Shown: positions 13,063 through 26,790 of the stretch, in pieces | How positions within the stretch are numbered: the first letter of the stretch is position 1 | Layout: the number at the start of each line of letters is the position of its first letter | From: Octopus sinensis | Lineage: Eukaryota | DNA length: 64,000 nucleotides | Reading direction: 5' to 3' | Assembly (NCBI RefSeq): GCF_006345805.1 | Contig: NC_043005.1 | Span: 62,868,001-62,932,000 of the forward strand | Translations under genes and position numbers: made by a program | The notes under the pieces: model-generated | Told to the model about the DNA's origin: nothing | Databases searched by the model: none | What the model saw: the letters and a program-made list of their open reading frames with translations, nothing else

Positions 13063-14254
13063 TACTGAAATAGGTTTCTTCCCCCAAGAGTAACCTTAGA
13101 GACTAGTTCTATACTTTATATAAATACTATATTTAAATATAACTAAATCTTCATGATTTTTCTTCGCTTTTATCTTTCTGGTTTGATTCATATGTAAAGT
13201 AAAACCAAGCTATTGGCATCTTTTGAAGACACACTGGCACCTAATACAACTGGTGAGGATAATGACAATTTCAGTTGTCCAACAAAGGGATATTATGGAC
13301 AATCTTTTAGAAGTGTGGAGCTATAAAAAATGGTTAAGAACACCTACTGTGTTTTAAACTTCTGTAATTAATTTCAATGTAATTATTGAAGCAACTCATT
13401 TATATGTTTGTAAATATAGTTATTTGTAGTTTAGATTTATATAAGATGCATCTTTTTCTCTCTCACTCTCTCTATCATTCTCCTGCTCTTTCCCTCTCTG
13501 TCTCACATGATGAACTCTTAAACAAATCAATTTTACGCTGTTAATTGAATTCCTGCATGAAGGAAATGCCTCCATAATCATTCACTTAGGATGGCCGAAT
13601 TCAATATTCTTCTCCATTCCTTCTCTTGTGAATGATAATAGCATAAATGATATTAATCCTACACAACAGAAGTACTTCATTCATACTAATACACACAGAA
13701 ATTGCATAATAAGATTGTATAAGTAAAGTGAAATAAAAAGTAGATTTATAACCTATACACTAGAAGGTGATAAAACTATAAATTGTGTCCAACATTTTTA
13801 ACACAAGCAGCATAAAGAATAGTTACTAAATTATTATGCCAATCATATTTATACAAATGTTATATCAAAATTTGAAAATGGATTTGTAACATTCTGTTTG
13901 AATAGGGAAAAAAAGAAAGAAATACTCAATTGAATCAAGCCAAGTATCATACTAATACTTACTTCTAAGACCCAGGAAAAATTCTCTTTGAAAATTGACC
14001 CCAATAGAATTTCAAACTGAATGTTATAATAATATATTATAAAATTAATTTAAAAAAAACATAAGTATCAGATACATGTAATATTTTAATTAATATAAAA
14101 TTTCTGTCTTTATCATTTCATAGCAATGAATCCTTATCAATCACTTCAAATTATTTTCTGGTATTATTTAAGAATGTATTTGGCATTTCCTAGTGCAATA
14201 TATTTATACATACATGCATACACACATACATACATATGCTTACAAAAGAATATA

Positions 14255-14478
14255 CAAGGTAGTACTGAAAAGTTCCTGGCTTTGGGTAAAAGAAAGGATC
14301 AGTTAATCATGGATTAGTTAATTATGATTTTATTCAATATATTCCTCTCTCTGATTCACATACTTATTGCAGCAGTCCTTTAGTTTTTCTAAGCCCTGTA
14401 AAAGAACTTGGAAGGTTGGGCCTCTAACCTAGCCTTTCGCTACACTCTTAAAGCCAGGAACTTTTCAGTAACCCCTTG
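14255..14478. mobile_element. Mariner-type MITE (224 bp)
   Basis: 29-bp TIRs CAAGG(TAG/GGT)TACTGAAAAGTTCCTGGCTTT; TA duplication at 14253-14254 and 14479-14480. Confidence 0.9.
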
Positions 14479-14552
14479 TATATTCACATGCCTGTACTTA
14501 TATGCATATTTAAAGACTGTATAAATACATGTATTAATATATAACACACTTA

Positions 14553-14764
14553 TGGGCAGTAGGTTGTTAGAATTGTTAGGGCATCAGATAAAAAGATTTA
14601 CAGCTTTTAGTTACAAAATTTTATGTTCTGCATTCAAACCCTGCCATAGTCAACTTTGACTCATTCTTCCACATCAATAAAATAAAGTACCAGTCAAGGG
14701 TACTTTATTTTACTAGCAATTGTATCCATCCCCCAAATTTAAGGGTTATGCCTATATTAGAAAT
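14553..14764 (+). mobile_element. Strongly decayed family A-like SINE
   Basis: GGGCAGTAGGTTGTTAGAA..GCATTCAAACCC..GTCAACTTTG..AAGTACCAGTC..CCCCCAAATTT..TGCCTATATTAGAAA follows family A layout. Confidence 0.55.
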
Positions 14765-15159
14765 CTGATTCTAAATAAAGTATTTAGCTTCCTACTGGAT
14801 AAATTTCAGAAATCCATCCTACCATGGATTGTAAAAATTGGCAAATTTCAACACTACTGCAATTATCAGAATTCCTAAATTTAAAGAGAGAGCAAAGTTG
14901 AAAACTATTAACTGTAAAATGTGTAGATGGTTCTAAATAATTAATTAAATCCTGCCATAGCTAATTTAAGTAAGTCTGGAAAAATTTCAGAAATTCTTGA
15001 TTATCTGAAAGAGCACAACATTCTGAAATTTGAAGTAGTAACAAGGTTAAAAGCTATTGACTCTAAATATGCAAATAATCTTAATTAAAGAAATACCCAA
15101 CTATATAGGTGGAGGATTTGGGAAATTTCAGAAAATCTACTTGATCTGAAATTCATGGC

Positions 15160-15335
15160 TGACTGGTCCCATGCTGGTGGCATGTAAAAAGCACCCACTA
15201 CACACCTGGAGTGGTTGCTGTAGAAACTTTGCCAGATCAGATTGGAGCCTGGTGCAGTCTTCTGGCTTGCCAGCCCTCAATCAAACTATCCATCCCACGC
15301 CAGCATGGAAAACAGATGTTAAACAGATGAGGATG
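15160..15335 (+). mobile_element. Solo RTE 3' tail
   Basis: GGTGGCATGTAAAAAGCACCCACTACAC..GCCAGCATGGAAAACAGATGTTAAACAGATGAGGATG, colinear with 28045-28225. Confidence 0.75.
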
Positions 15336-15339
15336 TATA

Positions 15340-15572
15340 TATTTATACATGTGTCTTTGTGTCTGTGTTTGTCCCCTCCACCATCACTTGACAACTACTG
15401 TTGATGTATTTAGATTTCCATAACTTAGCAGTTTGGCAAAAGAGACCGATAGAATAAGCTTACAAAGAATAAGTCCTGGGGTCGATTTCTTTGACTAAAA
15501 AACCTTAATGGTGGTGCTCCAACATGACCTCAGTCAAATGATTGAAACAAGTGAAAGAATAAAAGAATAAAC
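15340..15572 (+). mobile_element. SINE body and CR1-type tail (family D)
   Basis: CTTGACAAC..CATAACTTAGCAGTTTGGCAAAAGAGACCGATAGAATAAG..GGTGGTGCTCCAACATGACCTCAGTCAAATGATTGAAACAAGTGAAAGAATAAAAGAAT. Confidence 0.8.
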
Positions 15573-17429
15573 TGATTCAGGTTAGATGAGAGATTTCTGA
15601 AATTCTACCCTATCTCAAAATGATGAAATTTGAAATAAAAAGTTGAAAATCATCATTTATAAAACAAGCTGCTGGTTCCAAGTAAAAGCTTATAGGTTAT
15701 CATAGATGATTTTAAATTGTATCATGAGGGCAATTGCAATAATATTTGTTACCCCTAGTAACAGTTGTTGAGAAAGAAACATTCTCACAACAGTTCTTTT
15801 TTTTTTTTTTTTTACAGAAAATAATCAGAAATGATTATTGTGAGGAGAAAATTATATTTGATGAATTCTGCTACGACCATTTCAAATGGAATCTAATAAC
15901 TTATTTCGATAGAATATAATGCAACTTCCTCTTGAAATTAAAGTATTTCTTGTTTGTCTAAAAATCATTAAAATTTCCAAATTTTAACAGATCAGTAGTC
16001 TTCAGAATTTCCAATGCTGAAACAGCAATAATGTCAAAAAGTCATTAATTGTAAAATGCGCCAATCATCCTAAATAAAGAATCAACACTTACCCTGGATG
16101 ACTGAACTCATGAAGACTTGAGAATTTAAAGAAATTTTCTTCTATCTCATGAAAATATGTTCATTAGAACATCCAAAATTGAAGTAACAAACAAGGAAAT
16201 TTATCAATTTCAAATGTGCAGGTTACTGAAAATGAAGGATTAAAGTTTACCCTGTACTTACACTATCTAAAAATCCTGTAAGTCCCAACAGGACTGCTAT
16301 TAGCAGAATACCTAAATTATTAGTAATGACACAGTTGAAAATTATTCTAAAATGTGAAGATAGTTGCATACAAGGAATGTAAATCTGAAAATGTCCCAGA
16401 ATTTCTGCTCTATCTTAAAGTCACAAATATTTGCAAATTTCAACACAAGTGCAGTCATATGAATTCCCAAATTCAAAGTTATATTATGAATAAAAATTTC
16501 TAAAATGTGATGGCAGCCTTAAATGAAGAACTGACTACCCAATTTACATTTGTAAAACTGGAAAAATTCAGAAATTCTAGGCTTCAAAAAATTCATCAAT
16601 ATCTCTATTACTGTTATCTTCAGAACTTTGAAATAACAAATCTGAAATTCATCAATTCTAAAATATGTAAACAATGATAATAAAGACTTAAAAATGTTTT
16701 GCAACTGGCTTAAGTGTACAAGACTACAGAATTGCAAATAGCAACACACCCTTTCTTATAAGGCTTTGCAAATTTGTAATCATAACACTGAAAATTATCA
16801 ATTTTAAGCAGTGCAGATAGTCCTACTTAAACAATTAAAACTTGTCTTAGCTAAATTAGTTGGGTTATTTCAGAAGGATTTCAAAAATTCTATCCCATCA
16901 GAAAATTATGGGAAGTTTCAAATTGCACTAGGTTAAAATTATCATCGGAAGATGTGCAAATAATCCTAAATAAAAATTTATAGTTTCCCCGAGTTTGTTT
17001 AAGAGTTTGATAGAGAAAATTTTGAAATTTTTAACTGGAACACAGTCATTAGCCCTTAATTTAAAGTAAAATATATTTAGAAATTAGGAATTTAGAATTT
17101 CGAATATAGTTCTAAATAAACACTTAAATTTTGCCTTAAATTTACAGAGTAAATTTCAGAAATTTTACCGTCTGAAAATCACAAATATAATGTATGGGTT
17201 TCATCATTAAATTTCCTAAATTTCAAACTGCAGTGGTGAGAATTATGAATCCTAAAAGTTGTAAAAGATAATGCTGTGACCTGTTTAGATATGTAATACT
17301 GGAGAAATCACACAAGTTATACTTTACCTGAAAATACTCAGAATTTATAAATTTCAACAGGTTTACAAAAATCAGCATTGTACTTTGAAACATTATCAAA
17401 ATAGAAAAACAATTGATAATTGACAAGTC

Positions 17430-17665
17430 CATTAACCCCTTGGGGGCCGTTGGGGCATTTCAGCCATGCAGTGTATCAAGGGTGAGAAAGTTTGGCAGAG
17501 CCCATCCCTCTCCAGTCTAAACTCATTTCTACAGCTGAGTGGACTGGAGCAATATGAAATGAAGTATTTTGCTCAAGAATGCAATGGATCACCTGATCCA
17601 GTAATTGAAACTACAATCTTGCGGTCGTGAATCCAACACCTTAACCACTAAGCAATGCAACTTCA
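17430..17665 (-). mobile_element. tRNA-headed SINE (family E head) inserted in the tandem array
   Basis: Reverse complement begins ..TTAGTGGTTAAGGTGTTGGATTCACGACCGCAAGATTGTAGTTTCAATTAC..CTTGAGCAAAATACTTCATTTC..GCTCCAGTCCACTCAGCTG. Confidence 0.7.
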
Positions 17666-19989
17666 CTGAAAAAAAACCCCTGCTAATTCTAAAATATGCT
17701 GACCATGCTAAGTAAAGAATTAAAGCTAACCCAATAAATTTAAAATTGTAAGACAAAAGCAATTGCAATATCTGTAGCTTGCATGAAAATCGTAAACATT
17801 TTAAGATTTTAACAGACCAGCAGTCACCAAAATTTCCAAATTTGAAGCTGCAATAAACTCAAAGAAATTATGTCTAAAATGTGCAGATCATGCTAAATAA
17901 AGTGTTAAAGCTTGCTTCAGCATACTGAAATTAGTAAGACTGTAGAAACTATAGAAATTCTCTGAGAAATCATGAAGATTTGAAAATTTCAATGGATCCC
18001 CATTCATCTAAATTCTCAAGATTAAAGTGACAATAAAATTGAAATTTATCAATTCTAAAATGTGCAGATGGCCCCAAAGAAAGAATAAAATCATCATGTC
18101 ATGGGTAATTTAAATGAGTAGAGAGAGTTCACAAAATCCTTTTTCTATGAAACTCATGAAAAAGTTCAAATTTCAACACAACACCAGTTATCATAGCAGA
18201 ATTCCCAAGTTTGATGTAAAATAAAAGTTAGGAACTATCAATACTGAAATGTGCAGATGGTTCTAAAAGAATTAAAGTTTGCCTTGGGTAATTCATATCT
18301 GTATGATTGAAGAAAGTTCAGAGATTCTACCATATCTTAAAATCATAGAATTTTCAGTAGTCACTGTCATTAAAATTAAAAGAAGCAATAAAGTTGAAAA
18401 TAATCAATTCTACTGGAGAAATTACAAGAAATTAGTCCTAGCTGAAAATCTAGGAAATTTGCAACTTTTGAAAGTTTCACTGTCATCGAAATTCCCCAAT
18501 GTGAAGTAATAACAAAATTTACCATCACCAATTCTAAAATGTGCAAATGTTCCTAAATAAAGAATTAAAGCTAAGCTTCCCCTTAATGTATGCAAGAGTG
18601 TCAGATGGGGGAAATCAGGAAAATATCAACAAGAAAGCTGCCAAAAGAATTCCCACATTCTAATAAGAAATAAAGTTGAAAATTTTAAAAAGTGTAGATG
18701 GTCCCCAATAAAGAATTGAAGTCTGCTTTGTCTGATTTAAATGTAAAAGTATAGATATTTTAAAAACTCTCCCTCACCTGAATAATCATGAAAATTTCCA
18801 CGTATCAACAAATTAACAATAATGAAGTCCAACATTTTCAATAATAAAATGTGATTTAGAACTTATTCTGTCTCATTTAAACTAGTGACAGTGATAAAGT
18901 TGGAGAAATTTTGCCATGTCCACATTTATTGGTGCTATTTCAAATTTGAATTAATGATGATGAAAATTCTGAATTCTGAAATGTGAATATAAGTAAAGAA
19001 TTTAAGCTTATCAGACTGATTTAGATGTGTAACACTGGAAATATATTGGAAAATCTACACCATAAAAATCTGAAAATTTCAGTCAGTAAGAGGTCATTAA
19101 CATTCATAAATTTTAGAGGTAACAACAAAGTTGAAAAAATCATCAATTTTAGCCCTTTGTTCTGTGTATCACACGATACATTGGACATATTCCCTTGGCA
19201 TCCATACATCACATATAATATATTTTTCTAATTTAGTTCAACCACCAGAATAACTTTGGAATATGAGATAAAAGCTTTATATTACTCAAAACATATGTTT
19301 CAACACAACTGCAGTTATCATGGCAAGGATTAACTAGCAGTCTGATAATAAACATGGGTGTTTAGGAGAAACATATGAAAATGCTTTTGACAAGCAGATG
19401 GTAATGGCTTTGACAAGCAGATGGTTATTGTGCAAATGATAATCGAATTTCTGAAATGTATAGTTAGTTCTGCATAAAGAATTAATGCTTGTCATGCCTA
19501 GATTTAAATGACTAAGTTACAGGAAGTTCAAAAAAATCTACACTAATTAGAAACCACGAAAATTTGAAAATATCAAGTCATCAGAATTCTATATTTTCAT
19601 GTAACCACAAAAATGATCAATTCTAAAAATTTCAGATAATCTTAAAGAAATTCAAATGTATTATTAAATTCAAAATAAGAACAAATTTGAAAATTATAAA
19701 TTCTAAAATGTGCAGGTAGTTCTAATAAAGGATTAAAGCTAGAATTGGCTGGTTTACTTGTGTAGACTCTGATAATTTCAGAACTTCTGTTCTATCTAAA
19801 AGTTATGGAAATATCAATAGAATCATTCTCATGAGAATTCCCAAGTTTGAAACAGTAATAAAGTTGGAAATTATCAAATCTTAATATGCTGGTAGTCCTA
19901 AATAAAGGATTAAATCTTGCCCTGCTTGATTTAAATGTGAAAATCTGAAAAATAAGGGAGACCTCTCCATTGTTTTTACTATTTTTTTT

Positions 19990-20660
19990 CAAGGCAAACA
20001 TTAGGACATAGAAGATAGAGTATGATAATCAATAGGATTAAGGGAAAGGGAATATGAATATGAAGGGTGAAGGTTGGTAGGAGAAGTACTGGAAGAGTGA
20101 TAGCTACATTTTAGTTGTTGGTAAGGGGACAGGATATGAAACAACAAGAGTAGCATGACAGCATTGTAATAAAATAGATGATTAACAGCAAGGTATGATT
20201 TAAAGCTATAGAAATATGCTATTGTAAGAGTGGTAGATTCCATTGAAGAGTAACATGGGGGAGAGAGATTGATGGTTGAAACTAAAGGGTAATAGTAGAG
20301 GGTACTAGATAAGGATACATTCACTGGCATCACACATTATACAAGTAATATGAAGGGAGATAGGTAGTGATATCAGTTTGATGGTAAGAAAGGTGTCAAG
20401 TGCTAAAGGATGATGATGGAGAAAACTGAATAAGGACAAATCAAATAACATTCCTTGTTACACAGGTGGCATAGGCAGGGTGAGAGATCAATGACAGTGT
20501 ATCAGCTAAGGTAGGAGATAAAGAATTAATATGGATGAGTGAGCCAAAGCTTAATAGGAGATTATACAATCCAAACTCCATTACAACCATTTTGATAATT
20601 GTCTGGCTAAGTTTACTCTGGTAGGTGGATCTTCTCCACCACTGCATGTAACCACTTATC
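19990..20660 (-). mobile_element. Old CR1/L2-like LINE remnant (endonuclease/linker region)
   Basis: Purine-rich plus strand; minus reading HINSLSPTLADTLSLISHP resembles the APE motif PTHxxGHTLDLI. Similar composition at 21860-22760 and 31940-32470. Confidence 0.4.
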
Positions 20661-21859
20661 ATTGTCCCTTGTTATTTTTGTATGGTTTAGATTCTTGCAA
20701 TTAGTCTTCATTACTTCATCCTGTCCTTCTATATCTCCTATTTGCACGTGTTTTACATACTTCAAGCTCTCGTCCACTTATTCATACAGTTGTCATTCTC
20801 TATATACAACAAATCCGTTTACCAGTGTGATCTTCTCTTACTGCACTATTTGTGATTCCTCTAATATTTGGTTATCCTCTCTACTTATTTATGCTCTTTT
20901 GTCCATGCTTGCTTGCTGAACACATGCAATAGAGTATGATTGCTATATTTCTTTCAGATAAACACAAATCTTCTGCATTCATAACAATTATCAAAATATA
21001 TTTTTACATTTAATTCTTAATATTAAACAAGGTTTGTCAACTAGCAGACACTAATTTGTGTTTTAAGCAGTTATATTTATATAAGTATGTGTCAAATGAT
21101 AGTTTCCAAATACACCTCAAATGACTTTAAAAACTAGAAAACAAACACTGAACTATGTTGTTTATCCAGTATGTTTGGATTAATATCCTTCATTGAGAAA
21201 CAAAATATATTGTTTAATTGTGAACTCAAATAATCATTAGAAAGTGGTGTGAATGACTGATTTATCCAGATTAAGTCAACATTTAAAAATGAAACCTAAA
21301 TTGCTGGTTGATGCTATTATTATAGTTGACAATGTAGATGGTTAAGCATCTTCCAAAAACCAAAAAAAATCAATATATTATATTTTGTTGTTACAAAGTA
21401 GAAGTTACTTGTGAAAATTATATTACTAAGAACTTCATGTTGGAATATCACCATTATCATAATCAGTTTGCATTTGTTTTCTGTGCTGGCATGGATTGGA
21501 TAGATTCACATGACCTGAATCAGTTTGTATTTGGGGTTACTGTTCTTCTAGATTATTTGGAAAATCAAGTTTCACTTGTACACTTCATTTTTGATTTTGG
21601 TCTTGGTTTCTATGGGTGGATATCTTTTATAACAGCAACCATTTTACAGTGTAAGCTAGGTACATTTTATCATGACACCAGCACTAGAGAGGTTGTCATA
21701 ACCTTGACAAGACAAACATAAAGGGTGAAACTGATATGTTTTCTCTGCTCATTCTGCAACCACTTAACAGGGTGCATTGGGAGCAATTTACTATCGCACC
21801 AGCATTAGTGCGGTTACCTTGAAATCCCAAAAGACAAAATACTCCTAACTAAATGTTAT

Positions 21860-22760
21860 CACTGATCATTCCAGATAACTTGATTATTAGAATCGGTAAA
21901 AAAAAATGGTGCTTGCAGAAGATGAACTAGGATTGGTGTTACAGCATGGTAAAATAGATAGAAATGGAAGAGATAATAATGGTAGCAAAAAAAAAAGAGA
22001 GAGGGAGAAAGAGGACAAATGATTGGTAGTTGTGGAAACGGTTGCAGATGAGAGAGTGTGATGGATATCAGAAAGGTTGGGGAGCAGCCAGAAGTATATA
22101 GAGCTGATGTTTGCTGGTGACAGAAAGCATGATAGGTAGTTGAGATAGCAATAGTGGTAAGAGTATTGCTTATGAACAAATCAAAAATTTTTGTTTAACC
22201 CTTTCATTATCAACATGGCTGAAACCGGCTCTGGCTCTGAAGTACAAATGTCTTGTTTTCATAATTTTTGAATTAAAACTGCCCACCAAACCTTAGTCAC
22301 AAATTATGTTCTGAACACTAATTTAATGATAACCAAGTTATTTTACTAAATTCTTTGTTATATTTTGAATAACTAAAGAAACAGAGCATCTCAAAATAAA
22401 TACGGAAATGAAAGGGTTAATACATGACTGGCATGATATACTGAACAGAAGATAGGGTGACAGTTCAGACACTATCAAATAGGCAAGAGAGTACCGTCAC
22501 TGAGGAAGTGATCTGAGGGAAGGGAAGTAATGGCAGGCTTTACAGGGGAGTAAATGGAGGGATTATTGGATGCAAACAGGATTAATGCAATCCCTTCTTA
22601 TTCAGGCAGCTTTATAGATGAGAGAAAGAGAGAAAGAAAGGAAGGGAGGTACATATATTCAGATCTAAAGATTTTTTCCTTATTACGTGTGTGACATAAT
22701 GAAGTGGAGAAGATAGATGAAAGGCAATGAAATAGACAAGAGGGACAGCAGATGAAAAAC
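21860..22760 (-). mobile_element. Old LINE-like remnant, split by a piggyBac-type MITE
   Basis: Same purine-rich signature as 19990-20660; no clean motif. Confidence 0.3.
22199..22416. mobile_element. piggyBac-type MITE (218 bp)
   Basis: TTAA|CCCTTTCATT ... AATGAAAGGG|TTAA: 10-bp perfect TIR with TTAA duplication (22195-22198, 22417-22420). Confidence 0.85.
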
Positions 22761-25494
22761 AAACAAAAACATCCAGATGTGGATATATATTATCTATTAC
22801 AGCTTAATCATTCTTTTCTAGTACCTGATATCATCAATTTCAATGTTCTTAGTCATCTTTTTCATGAAACAAAAAATCTAGAGATGGCAGCTTCTGTTTA
22901 CTCAGAGCATGTAGAGTTAAGACTTTAGGAACAAAAAAAGCAGTTTTCATTGCTGCCCTAAAGTGCTAAGCAATGGACATGATGATAATTATGAGGACTT
23001 GCTAATAAATTAATTTGTAGAAATGTTGGTGGAATAGAGATAAATAGCAAATCAGGATTTATTTAGTCGCTCAAAATAAAATTGTGAAAAGAAACTAATT
23101 TCATCAGCAAAAGTCACAAATTAGCGTTAACTTCATTAAGTGTAAGGTTTAGTATGTTATTGCTCCCTAATCTAAATCATGCCACTTCAAAAGATTCAGT
23201 AGAGTTTTGCAGACATATGCATATATACACTGCTATGCAGCACAATCATATGAAATGTTTTTAACAAATTACTTTATGTTTAATCTGTACAGTATTCTGT
23301 ATTTCTTGAAATAATTGTTTGTGGAATTTATAACATTTTTAATATGCATAAAAGGAAAAAATTAATCAAAAAAGACAATGGAAATGCAGATTTTTTTCTT
23401 CTACATAACTAAATTTTGTAAATAAACAAAATTCTTAATCATGTCTATATGATGGTGTACATTAAGTTCTATAAATTAGCAAGTGTAAATTCATTTACGA
23501 ACATTATTAATGACTGAAATTTCACTGAGCAGCATTTTTTTCATAGTGTGTGTCTAAATTTTATTTTTAGTTCCTTATTTGAAAGCTGTAAATGTTTCAT
23601 GATATCTAATACGATTAAACAGATAAAAAATTTACAAGAAAAAATTTCAAAGCCATGAATTGGAAATGATATTGAATTTAAAGAAATAAAGTTGGGTAGC
23701 TTATTTGAGAACTAGTGTTTAAATATAATTAAGAAATTTAAATGAATTTTTGCTTTAACTCTTGAAAAAGTTTTACAAATAAATAACCAAAAATAATGAA
23801 GAAAAAGCAAAAATCTTTACTTCATTTCTTAACCATCTAACTGTGATACTTTAGCAGTTCCATCATCTTACGCATGTTACATGTTTAATCTTTGCACTTT
23901 TGGAATCTAATATATGTTTGACCTTGTCCCTCCATGTTAGGTTGGTCTAGCTACATATTTTGTTCACTATCTAATTGTAAAGTAGAGTTTATGTGGATTT
24001 GGGAATTCTATCTAATTTTCTAAGCTTAGAATGTTGTGGCTTTCAACTCACCATTATTTATACTGTATCTATTTTGGTATGTTTGTTTATATGCCTTGTT
24101 TTATAATAACAACTTGCTGCATGTTTTTCTTTCTAGCTCATTAATTTGTGGATTCATTGACTTGCACAAATATATTTAAAAAATTTTTTAAGAAATAGAT
24201 GTTAATTCAATGCATGGTTACTGAATTTTGCTTTATGATAATATCTACTATAATAATCATTTTGAAATTTAAGCAATGAGTGTTTTAAATTAGCTGATAC
24301 CTAAAAGATGAAATCACTCCTACAAGTAAGCATTGCACAATTGAAAATGCAAAACTATATAATGATCATGAGTGTAATTTTAATTTATAGACAAATGAGG
24401 AGTTTAAAATACTAACTTTGCCAGTTAACATCCTGAATATGTGAGAAAAAGAAACATTCTCTTCAAGGTTACATAAAAAAGAAAATATATCTGAAATCAA
24501 TTAAACCTATTCCTGCATTGGCAGTCATCCCATTACTAATCCAGTTGAGCATCTGTCATCTAAACTAGATTGTAAAACTTGATATGCAAAATTAAACTCA
24601 TAATGTATGGCTGGTATAAAAAGAAGAGAGTAATTACTATCTAAGTTTCTACCTTGCTTTGCTTACTAATTGAACAGATAACTGGTATGCATATCAGGGA
24701 TTCATATATTTGTCATTCATAATTTAATTTTATAGTATTTGACAGGGAAATGTAAGTTCAACAAAATAAAGAACACAGTGACACCCACACAAGATATCTT
24801 TCCATTCCATTAACCAGTCAAACATCAGAATGTGAGTTTACAGACTTTGATATGAATATGTAATTCCAGTTACATGTAGTAGACAGTATTTCCAGATAAG
24901 CAAATCTCTGTATCATTAAATATATTACTGATGTCTGAAAAAGCTGGCTTCCATCAAAGGGACATTCACATTTCTAATTGGAAATTTTACCATTTCAAAC
25001 AGGACCAACAAATTTTGGTCTATACTTTGAGTTAATACTATGATAAATATGAATATTGTATATGTTGCCTCCCTTGCATGTGATGTGTATGTGTGCGTGT
25101 GTGTGTGTACATGTATATTTAAATACATATCACTATATCAAATGCACTTCCAATTCTTTTGTGATTGCATTATACTTTTCCATCTTGGCCCAAATCATTT
25201 AACTAAATTCTCTTCACCAAGGAAGACCATCACTAACCATTAAGAAAATTGTGCTTTCAGACAAATTTAAACTTAACACTTGTGGCTCTACTGGTGACTA
25301 ATAAGTTATGCTTTTGATAAACATATGCATCCACAGACATAACAGACTGAGCTTGCCCCATTCACTACACTGGTAGTATGTTTTCGAGCAGTTCACTTAC
25401 ATTCTACATGAAAAATGTGTTTTGCGATGAAGCATGGAATTGGATATAGAAGTAGAAAGAGAGATAGAAATACACTGCTGACTGTAAAGTTGGT

Positions 25495-25700
25495 AGTGTA
25501 ATTTAGTGTTAATATTTGAGCATAAAAAATGCTTAGTGGCATTATGTTTGTCTGTACATTCTGAGTTCAAATGTTGCTGAGGATGACTTTACCTTTCATC
25601 CTTTTAGATTCGATAGAATAATCAGTTGAGCACTGGGATTGATGTAATCAACTTATGCCCTTCCCCAAAAGAGCTGGCCTTGTGCCAAAATTTGAAGCCA
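25495..25700 (+). mobile_element. Decayed family A-like SINE
   Basis: AAAAATGCTTAGTGGCATT..TTCTGAGTTCAAAT..GACTTTACCTTTCATCCTTT..GATAGAATAA..CCCTTCCCCAAAA..GGCCTTGTGCCAAAATTTGAA. Confidence 0.65.
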
Positions 25701-26548
25701 ATATTGTGGATGATAGCTGTGATTATGATGATTATACTGGAATGATTGTGGTAATGATAATTATGATGCTGGTATTAATGTTAGTAATAATGATAGTGAT
25801 GATGATGATAAGTTGTTTTGATGAAGATGGTTATATTGATGAAATTCTGTGAGTGAAGAAAAAGTACAGAGCACATCAAAGTGTAACTTTAAGCCTTGTT
25901 GCTAGGAAATACCACTAGAATGTTGTTGAAATTCAACTTGATTATTTAGTAGCAACTGAGCTCTTAAGTCAACCAATATTTATTCTGTTTCCATAGGAAA
26001 ATATAATAATTTTCAATAACTTTAGGTTACTGGATTTAGAATTTTAAGCTAACAAAACACTTGCCATTAATGGCTCTAAAGCTTTAAGTGGGGAATTATA
26101 ACTCCCCATCCTATATATGCGCAGTAAACAAGACCAACTTTTTTAGATTTAATTAATGTTACCAGAGATAGAGGATACTTGACAAGTATGTCAGACAACA
26201 TGTCTTCATTTGCAATGCTAAAAACTGAACTTGACATACAGCTTAAGATGCAGTCCTGTATTTTAATATTTTAATTCAGTGGCTGTTCAAGGTTTAAAAT
26301 GCTTTGTTGAAACTTCACATGGTTTTCTTAAGATTGAAGCTCTATATGATTAAGAAAGTGTAGCTAAAAAAGTATAAACTATTGTAACTGATAGAAAATT
26401 AGATAAGAGATATATCTCAAGTATACAGAATTCTTTTATGTGTATCAGCCAGGTGGCTGTGGTCATGCTGGAGCACCACAATGAGAATTATACTTTCTAG
26501 AGAGATTATTCTAAATTTAGATTTTAAAACAATATAAGTACCAGATAT

Positions 26549-26740
26549 TCTTTTACTTTATTTGTTTCAGTCATTTGACTGTGGCCTTGTGCTGAACTGC
26601 TAAGTTACGGGGATGTAAACACACCAGCACTGGTTGTCAAGCGATGTTGGGAGGACAAACAAAGATGCACAAATATATACACACGTACATACATATATAT
26701 ATACATACACACACACATATACATACACACACACACATAT

Positions 26741-26784
<44 letters not shown>

Positions 26785-26790
26785 ATATAT
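26549..26790 (-). mobile_element. 3' half (family D tail plus internal TA/CA microsatellite) of a SINE split by the RTE insertion
   Basis: Plus strand TCTTTTACTTTATTTGTTTCAGTCATTTGACTG..AAGTTACGGGGATGTAAACACACCAGCACTGGTTGTCAAGCGATG, followed by microsatellite. Confidence 0.75.

Larger units (their letters stand above)
14765..19965. repeat. Degenerate tandem array, monomer ~140-190 bp, roughly 30 copies, interrupted by SINEs
   Basis: Recurrent core TCAATTCTAAAATGTGCAGAT..CCTAAATAAAGAATTAAAGCTT..AAATTTCAGAAATTCT..AGAATTCCCAAATTTGAAGTAATAA..AAGTTGAAAATTA. Anchors near 14912, 15060, 16050, 16207, 16346, 16498, 16657, 16801, 17686, 17873, 18053, 18243, 18533, 18685, 19447, 19701, 19879. Confidence 0.8.

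Noticed and set aside
14765-19965. Reading the tandem array as an intact or recent LRR gene
   Set aside because: The best-conserved core carries stops in all six frames of my consensus and monomer lengths are not multiples of 3; kept only as a remote origin hypothesis.
25655-25852. ORF with M/I/V/D-rich hydrophobic stretch
   Set aside because: SINE end followed by a degenerate (GAT/AAT)n repeat.
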